Assembly: GCF_000341395.1 (NCBI RefSeq)
Contig: NC_020304.1
Location: 2,220,001 to 2,252,000 of the forward strand
DNA: 32,000 nt
Direction: 5' to 3'
Source of the DNA: Desulfocapsa sulfexigens DSM 10523
Lineage (GTDB): Bacteria; Desulfobacterota; Desulfobulbia; Desulfobulbales; Desulfocapsaceae
Position numbers and translations under genes: made by a program. The notes beneath the pieces were generated by a model. The model had not been told where the DNA came from. It saw nothing but the letters and a program-made list of their open reading frames with translations, and ran no database searches. Each line of letters starts with the position of its first letter. Positions within the stretch are counted from its first letter, which is position 1. Shown here in pieces: positions 26,802 through 32,000 of this stretch.

Positions 26802-28583
26802 ATGAACGCGAATGGAGAACTAAAGAAAATATTTTTCATATCTATGGCTACTGTCCGGCTTGAGCTAATCGTTACCACAGCGGTCTTCGCTGTCTTGTTG
26901 TACTTTATTTTTGATTTTATCTCTCAAGAGCGTTTTGTTTATTTTTGGGATTTTGCAAATTATTGGTCTAGGTATAGGGATTTCAACGAGTTGTTTTTTG
27001 AATCGCCTTTGAGGGCCTTGGGAAAAGTAATACCTTCGGTAAGGCATGATGAATATAATTTGTTTCCAGTCGCTTTGCTGTTACCCGCTGGGATTACCCT
27101 CGGTAATTCTCGAATAAGTTTTGTTGTCGCAAATGCTCTTCTGTTTAATTTCCCCACCATTGTTTTGTTTGCCTACTTTTTTAAATCAAGAATTAGTAAG
27201 GAACGTGAATTCAGTACTACCGGCTTGGAATATATTGTAGCCCTATTCTGTATGGCTTTGGCACCACAGCTATGGGTACCTGTTCTTTGTGGTTACTTGG
27301 GCACAGGAGGATTGTTTCTGGCTATTGCAGTGTTAATACTTTATAGCAGGAAATCGTTCAGCGATCAAAACTATTGGTCTATCCTCTACATGGCTTTTTT
27401 GCTTAGCTTGATGGTGGTTTTCAGGCGGTGGTATGCATACTGGGTTGTCGGATTTCTTGTCAGTATTACAATTGTTAATATACTTTTTCTTGTAAATACG
27501 TATCGTATAAATTTTAAAGAGTATATGCCAACCATGGTTAAACTTTTTCTGTTTGGCGGCGCTTCTGCTGGTTTTTTTATATGCTTAGCGACTCCCCAGG
27601 CTATAAGAATGCTCACAACTGATTATGGTGATATCTATTCAGGGTATAAATATGCCACATCATTTACGGATACTCTACAAGACCTGAATGCCCATTTTGG
27701 CCTTCTCACCCTTGCAAGCGCAGCTTTAGGGTTTCTTTTTTCCTTAAAGAATATCAAACGTAGTCAAACGGCGATTATTCTTTTCCTCCAGTTCTGGCTC
27801 AGTTTTATCCTGTTTACCAGAACCCAGGATATGGGATACCATCACTACTATATTTTACTGCCATCACTTCTCTATTTTTCATGCTACTTCTGGATGGTCT
27901 TGTTGACGATTGTCAGTGGGAAATTAGCAAGCTCACTGGCCTTCGTCATATTGTTTTGTCTTCTCCTATTGAATTTTACCATTGTTTTTGTTCCCCCTGT
28001 TGCCGATGTTCTGCCAAAGTTTGATTCTGCGTTTTCTCAGTTGAGACACTATCCGATGAAACGTCATGATATTGGAGAAATACATAACATATTAGAATAC
28101 TTCGATGAGCAGGAATTAAGTGAAGTCGACAAGGTGTATGTTCTTGCAAGTGGTCTCATTCTCAACGACGATATTCTGAGAAAGGGATGTGAAGCTGAAA
28201 ATGGGAAGTATGCAATCTGTGATTGTTTTGCAACGACTGCCCACGTGGATAAAAGAGACGGGTTGCCTGTGGAGCTTTTTCAATCAAAGTATATTGTTAC
28301 AACTGAGCCAGCTCAATTTCACCTGGACCCAAAAGACCAACAGGTAATAGGCATAGTAAGGGATATGGTCGTTCATCAGGAGGGGTTCGGAAAAAATTAT
28401 CGAAAACTGAAGATCGAATTCACTCTTGATGAAAATGTTGATGTTTTAATATATCAAAAGATTGGTGAGAAATTTTCTGAAGATGATTTGCAAGATATTT
28501 CGGATAGATTTGTGAGATTATATCCTGCTCACAGTGGAAAATTTTTATTTCCTTCAGATATATTTGACCAACTTACTGATTAA
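26802..28583 (+). CDS. Polytopic membrane protein, putative GT-C-type glycosyltransferase
   Basis: 593 aa with many predicted hydrophobic segments and a soluble C-terminal tail, directly downstream of the GT2 and YdjC genes. Confidence 0.6.
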   Translation: MNANGELKKIFFISMATVRLELIVTTAVFAVLLYFIFDFISQERFVYFWDFANYWSRYRDFNELFFESPLRALGKVIPSVRHDEYNLFPVALLLPAGITLGNSRISFVVANALLFNFPTIVLFAYFFKSRISKEREFSTTGLEYIVALFCMALAPQLWVPVLCGYLGTGGLFLAIAVLILYSRKSFSDQNYWSILYMAFLLSLMVVFRRWYAYWVVGFLVSITIVNILFLVNTYRINFKEYMPTMVKLFLFGGASAGFFICLATPQAIRMLTTDYGDIYSGYKYATSFTDTLQDLNAHFGLLTLASAALGFLFSLKNIKRSQTAIILFLQFWLSFILFTRTQDMGYHHYYILLPSLLYFSCYFWMVLLTIVSGKLASSLAFVILFCLLLLNFTIVFVPPVADVLPKFDSAFSQLRHYPMKRHDIGEIHNILEYFDEQELSEVDKVYVLASGLILNDDILRKGCEAENGKYAICDCFATTAHVDKRDGLPVELFQSKYIVTTEPAQFHLDPKDQQVIGIVRDMVVHQEGFGKNYRKLKIEFTLDENVDVLIYQKIGEKFSEDDLQDISDRFVRLYPAHSGKFLFPSDIFDQLTD

Positions 28584-28700
28584 AGGATGTTGGTATTCAA
28601 AATCAAGTTGATTGGTAATGGTGTTTTGAGGAGCCACTAAAAAAATGAAATGGCCGTCTCTACTTGAGCATGTCATTGGTTCGAGTGAGAAAAAAAGTAT

Positions 28701-29744
28701 ATGAGAATACAGCATCTTGAGTATTTCAGGGCTATTTCAATATTATTTATCGTCGCTGGCCATTCTTTTCATCCCTGGCCTATTGATACGATACCAGAAA
28801 AAATTCTAGCTAATGTGGTTTCCGGGGGATCGGCTTTATTCGTCTTTCTTTCTGGATTCTTTTTTCACCATGTTTTCTATCCAGATTTTCACTATAGAAA
28901 CTTTTTAATAAAAAAAATTAAAAACGTATTACTCCCCTACATAGTATTGACTGTTGTCGCTTTTGTTTTATTTGTTGTTTACCTGGATGTGCCAAGGAGG
29001 TTTCTTGCTCAAGATTTTGTTACGGTATCTGATGGCTTTGAGCTACTGTTTCAATATCTCATTACCGGCAGAATACTGACGGCTTATTGGTATGTTCCAT
29101 TTATAATGCTAGTTTTTGCACTGTCACCAATATTTGTTCTGTATATAAATCTATCGAAACAAAAACAAATTTGCATTTTTTCCGTACTGCTCTTACTCTC
29201 AATGGTTGTCCATAGACCTTCATATGGACTGTCCCCGACCCACTCAGTTGTCTATTTTTTACCCATATACCTTTTAGGCATAACGTCTTCAGTTAATTAT
29301 AAATATATTTTGCAATTCATCCACAATAAATGTTTGTTTTTTGGTTCTTTGACAATTGCATTATCAGTAATTCAAGTTGTTTTTTATGGTACATATGGGG
29401 ATTTCTCTAAGGGAACAATGCTCTCGTACAATGGCCTGGACGTAGTGATACTTCAAAAGATATGTATGATCTTTTTTATGCTTTCAGTGCTGCAAAAAAT
29501 TGATAGTAAGGAAATAGCAGTTTTGAGCTATATCGCATCCATCAGTTTTTCTATATATTTTATCCATCCTTTTATTCTTCATCTTCTGTCTTATTTTTTG
29601 GTGGAAGAGTATGTCAGAACCTTTATTCCTGGTGGTGTTGTCTGTTTTGTTAAAATACTATTTGTTATCTCTGTGAGTATTCTTTTTTCTTTTTTGTTCA
29701 AAGCCATATTAGGTAATAAGAGCAGGTATATTGTAGGCAGTTAG
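28701..29744 (+). CDS. Acyltransferase-3 family membrane protein (OafA/NodX-like O-acyltransferase)
   Basis: 347 aa; N-terminal IQHLEYFRAISILFIVAGHSF, GGSALFVFLSGFFFHHVF and SISFSIYFIHPFILHL, characteristic of the family. Confidence 0.88.
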   Translation: MRIQHLEYFRAISILFIVAGHSFHPWPIDTIPEKILANVVSGGSALFVFLSGFFFHHVFYPDFHYRNFLIKKIKNVLLPYIVLTVVAFVLFVVYLDVPRRFLAQDFVTVSDGFELLFQYLITGRILTAYWYVPFIMLVFALSPIFVLYINLSKQKQICIFSVLLLLSMVVHRPSYGLSPTHSVVYFLPIYLLGITSSVNYKYILQFIHNKCLFFGSLTIALSVIQVVFYGTYGDFSKGTMLSYNGLDVVILQKICMIFFMLSVLQKIDSKEIAVLSYIASISFSIYFIHPFILHLLSYFLVEEYVRTFIPGGVVCFVKILFVISVSILFSFLFKAILGNKSRYIVGS

Positions 29745-29831
29745 GTTGGGACTTTCTGAATTTATGTGTGAAAATATGGCTTTATTGATATGTCAATCAG
29801 TACGGTTCCCCTATGAATCGTTCACCATGTC

Positions 29832-31556
29832 ATGTCAGTAGGAATTCATAAAAAAATGAAAATGTATCCCACAAACACATCCCTGGTAGCAGGTTTTCAT
29901 CTTTCTCTTATTATTGTTTTATATGGTCTTGCATTTGTGGTTGTTTTTGAGCGGCCCTTAGATGTTCAACAGTGGCAATGGGCTGATGATGCGTTGTTTT
30001 ATGATAATGCCAGGGCTATTATTAGTAATTTCGGTGAAGATTTCTGGTTAGGACCTTTCACTGAAGTGCTGCTTGCGAAAGCTCCATTTTTTTCTATATT
30101 TGTCGCATTATCAATAAGTAGCGGAATCCCACTTCGAGTATTGGAATTTTTGTTGTACGTGCCGTTACCATTCTTGTTTTTGTTTGCTCTTCGTCCTCTT
30201 CAACTGCCTAAGTTTTTCCTCCTGTCTATCAGTATCGTGTGTTTACTGTTTATTCCTGCTGCTGGTTTGCAACTGAGGCTTGTCCGTACTACTGTATTTG
30301 GTGCGATAGTGCTGTATACGCTAATTTTTATGACAGCCCTTATAGTTTATGTGGCGATGCGACAAAAAAGAATCTGGATTTGGGCTTTTTTGACGGGGGC
30401 AGGTATAGGTTGTGCTGCAATGACCCGTGAAGAAGGAATCTGGCTTTTTTTTCCTGCATTAATTGCAATGACAGCAGTTTTTCTTTTCTCCAGGAAACAA
30501 AAAAGAGTTATTGAAGTGATTGTACTTACACTTCTTTTAGTGGTTGGGTATCAGGTACCATTGGCTACTTTTTCTTTATTAAATTACCATTCATATGGTG
30601 TGTTTTCCCCTTCTTTAAGGCAGAATCAGTCATATAAAAAATTGTACTCCACTTTAACGTCGATTGAGCCGGCTGAAAGGTCTAAGTATGTACCCTTTGC
30701 TGCAAAGGCAAGACAAAGTACATATGAAATATCACCGTATTTCAGACAATTAAAACCATTTGTCGAGGGGGCGGCTGTGGACGATCTGGCAACTAATGCT
30801 GAGCATCACAGGATAAGTGGCTGGGGGGAAAAACTGAATACGCGAGAGTTTTTTGTTTCGACGTTTGATTGGGCCTTGGCAAGAGCAATTTTTCTCAGTG
30901 GGAGAACAACCGCCCGTGACTTTTTAGATTTCTGCGACAAGGCTACAGAGGAGATTCAATCTGCTATCCACTCGGGTGAACTCGTGGCTGGTAGTACAGG
31001 CCTGGGACTGTTACCTTCTTTGTCTGAAGGTGAAGTTTCTCAGGTCTTGTATGCTACCTACAGGTCAATACAGCTGCTGTTCTGGCCACAAGGAATTGTC
31101 CGAAAAAATAATCTCAGCACCAATCCAAATCCTGGAGTTGCTTCAAATTGGCATTCGTCACTCGGCACTTGGGCAGCTGATTCTCATGTCCTCGGCGAGC
31201 GTTTTTCAGATATTGTGTTTAATCGTTTTGTGGTCAATCTTTTTAAAGTGAGCTATGGAATAACCTTTGTACTCGGAATAATTGCTCTTGTATTTTTACT
31301 TCGCAAAGAGAAACGGCAAGGGGTGATACTTTTAGCAGTAATGACAGCTTCTGCAGGAGGAGTGATTGCTTTTAGTGTTGTTATGGGAGTTATGGATACT
31401 ATTGCCTGGTCTATATTAGAACAGGTTGGGAGTTACAATATTATAGGACAATTCCCACTACATTTTTTATTCTTGATTTCAGTTGTTGCCATCCTGCATT
31501 GTTTTGAGGTTTTTCGATCAGAAAAGCTTGTTACAGAGAAGGAAATATCTGTTTAG
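29832..31556 (+). CDS. Polytopic membrane protein, putative GT-C-like protein
   Basis: 574 aa, multiple hydrophobic helices; WADDALFYDNARAIISNF near the first extracytoplasmic loop, CAAMTREEGIWLFFPALIAM. No specific function assignable. Confidence 0.5.
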   Translation: MSVGIHKKMKMYPTNTSLVAGFHLSLIIVLYGLAFVVVFERPLDVQQWQWADDALFYDNARAIISNFGEDFWLGPFTEVLLAKAPFFSIFVALSISSGIPLRVLEFLLYVPLPFLFLFALRPLQLPKFFLLSISIVCLLFIPAAGLQLRLVRTTVFGAIVLYTLIFMTALIVYVAMRQKRIWIWAFLTGAGIGCAAMTREEGIWLFFPALIAMTAVFLFSRKQKRVIEVIVLTLLLVVGYQVPLATFSLLNYHSYGVFSPSLRQNQSYKKLYSTLTSIEPAERSKYVPFAAKARQSTYEISPYFRQLKPFVEGAAVDDLATNAEHHRISGWGEKLNTREFFVSTFDWALARAIFLSGRTTARDFLDFCDKATEEIQSAIHSGELVAGSTGLGLLPSLSEGEVSQVLYATYRSIQLLFWPQGIVRKNNLSTNPNPGVASNWHSSLGTWAADSHVLGERFSDIVFNRFVVNLFKVSYGITFVLGIIALVFLLRKEKRQGVILLAVMTASAGGVIAFSVVMGVMDTIAWSILEQVGSYNIIGQFPLHFLFLISVVAILHCFEVFRSEKLVTEKEISV

Positions 31557-31583
31557 AAAGAGTTATTGTTTCTGCATACACCC

Positions 31584-31616
31584 ACTGCCACTTTTGGCAG
31601 TCTGGGCGTTCCCCAG
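31584..31616. promoter_or_regulatory. Two adjacent short inverted repeats upstream of the second wzt
   Basis: ACTGCCA(31584-31590)-CTTT-TGGCAGT(31595-31601), perfect 7-bp arms, followed by CTGGG-CGTTC-CCCAG (31602-31616). No clear T-tract after either. Confidence 0.4.
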
Positions 31617-31728
31617 TGAGTTGTTTTATGATTCTTCGGATCAGAATATGAGATGAAAAACATTGGCAATATTCACGATTAAAAAAATCACCTTCCAGGG
31701 TGAAAGTGGATAATATAAAGGATTTTTG

Positions 31729-32000
31729 ATGTCTTTAAGTGATCTAGCAGTGATTGTAAATGATGTATCCAAGTGCTATCAAATTTATGAGCAGCCGGCT
31801 GATCGTCTGAAACAGATGCTGTTTCCCCCCTTGTATCAACACGTATTAAGAAAAGTATCTAAACAATATTTTTCAGAGTATTGGGCTTTGAAAAATGTCT
31901 CGTTTACTGTGGAGAAGGGTCAATCTGTAGGTATTGTGGGGAAGAATGGTGCGGGCAAGTCCACATTGTTACAGATTATATGCGGGGTTTTGTTTCCTAC
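31729..32000 (+). CDS. Second Wzt-like polysaccharide export ATPase (partial, runs off window end)
   Basis: Manual translation from ATG 31729: MSLSDLAVIVNDVSKCYQIYEQPADRLKQMLFPPLYQHVLRKVSKQYFSEYWALKNVSFTVEKGQSVGIVGKNGAGKSTLLQIICGVLFPT. Walker A GKNGAGKST; strongly resembles the Wzt at 9649. Not in the ORF track. Confidence 0.92.
   Translation, partial: MSLSDLAVIVNDVSKCYQIYEQPADRLKQMLFPPLYQHVLRKVSKQYFSEYWALKNVSFTVEKGQSVGIVGKNGAGKSTLLQIICGVLFP

Noticed and set aside
1-32000. Possible transposon or phage explanation for the mosaic strand pattern
   Set aside because: No transposase, integrase, terminal inverted repeats or tRNA attachment site was recognised. Alternating strands are common in polysaccharide islands, though recombination in the past cannot be excluded.

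Overview
The window reads as a polysaccharide/glycolipid biosynthesis and export island, with genes interleaved on both strands. The left edge (minus strand, 3863 to beyond base 1) is the 5' part of a very large open frame missing from the supplied ORF track. My own translation shows a multidomain lipid/polyketide-type synthase: a degenerate NPD-like barrel, an intact NPD (2-nitropropane dioxygenase-like) barrel, a complete ketosynthase, and the start of an acyltransferase. To its right are: a UGT/MurG-like glycosyltransferase (GT); an 1128-aa GT with eight 38-aa tandem repeats, GT4 and GT2 domains and a degenerate third GT-like domain; a Wzm/Wzt ABC exporter; three further GT4 enzymes; a B12-binding radical SAM protein resembling the HpnP class; a Wzx-type flippase; a four-gene MacB/DevBCA-TolC-type tripartite exporter operon; a lipid-linked sugar module (GT2 + YdjC/NaxD-like deacetylase + polytopic GT-C-like protein); an acyltransferase-3 protein; another polytopic membrane protein; and a second, truncated Wzt-like ATPase paralogous to the first. 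The most interesting possibility is an HglE/Pfa-like lipid synthase sharing a locus with a DevBCA-TolC-like exporter and many GTs, which would suggest a dedicated envelope glycolipid pathway. That linkage is inference. No CRISPR array, tRNA, rRNA or clear mobile element was recognised.
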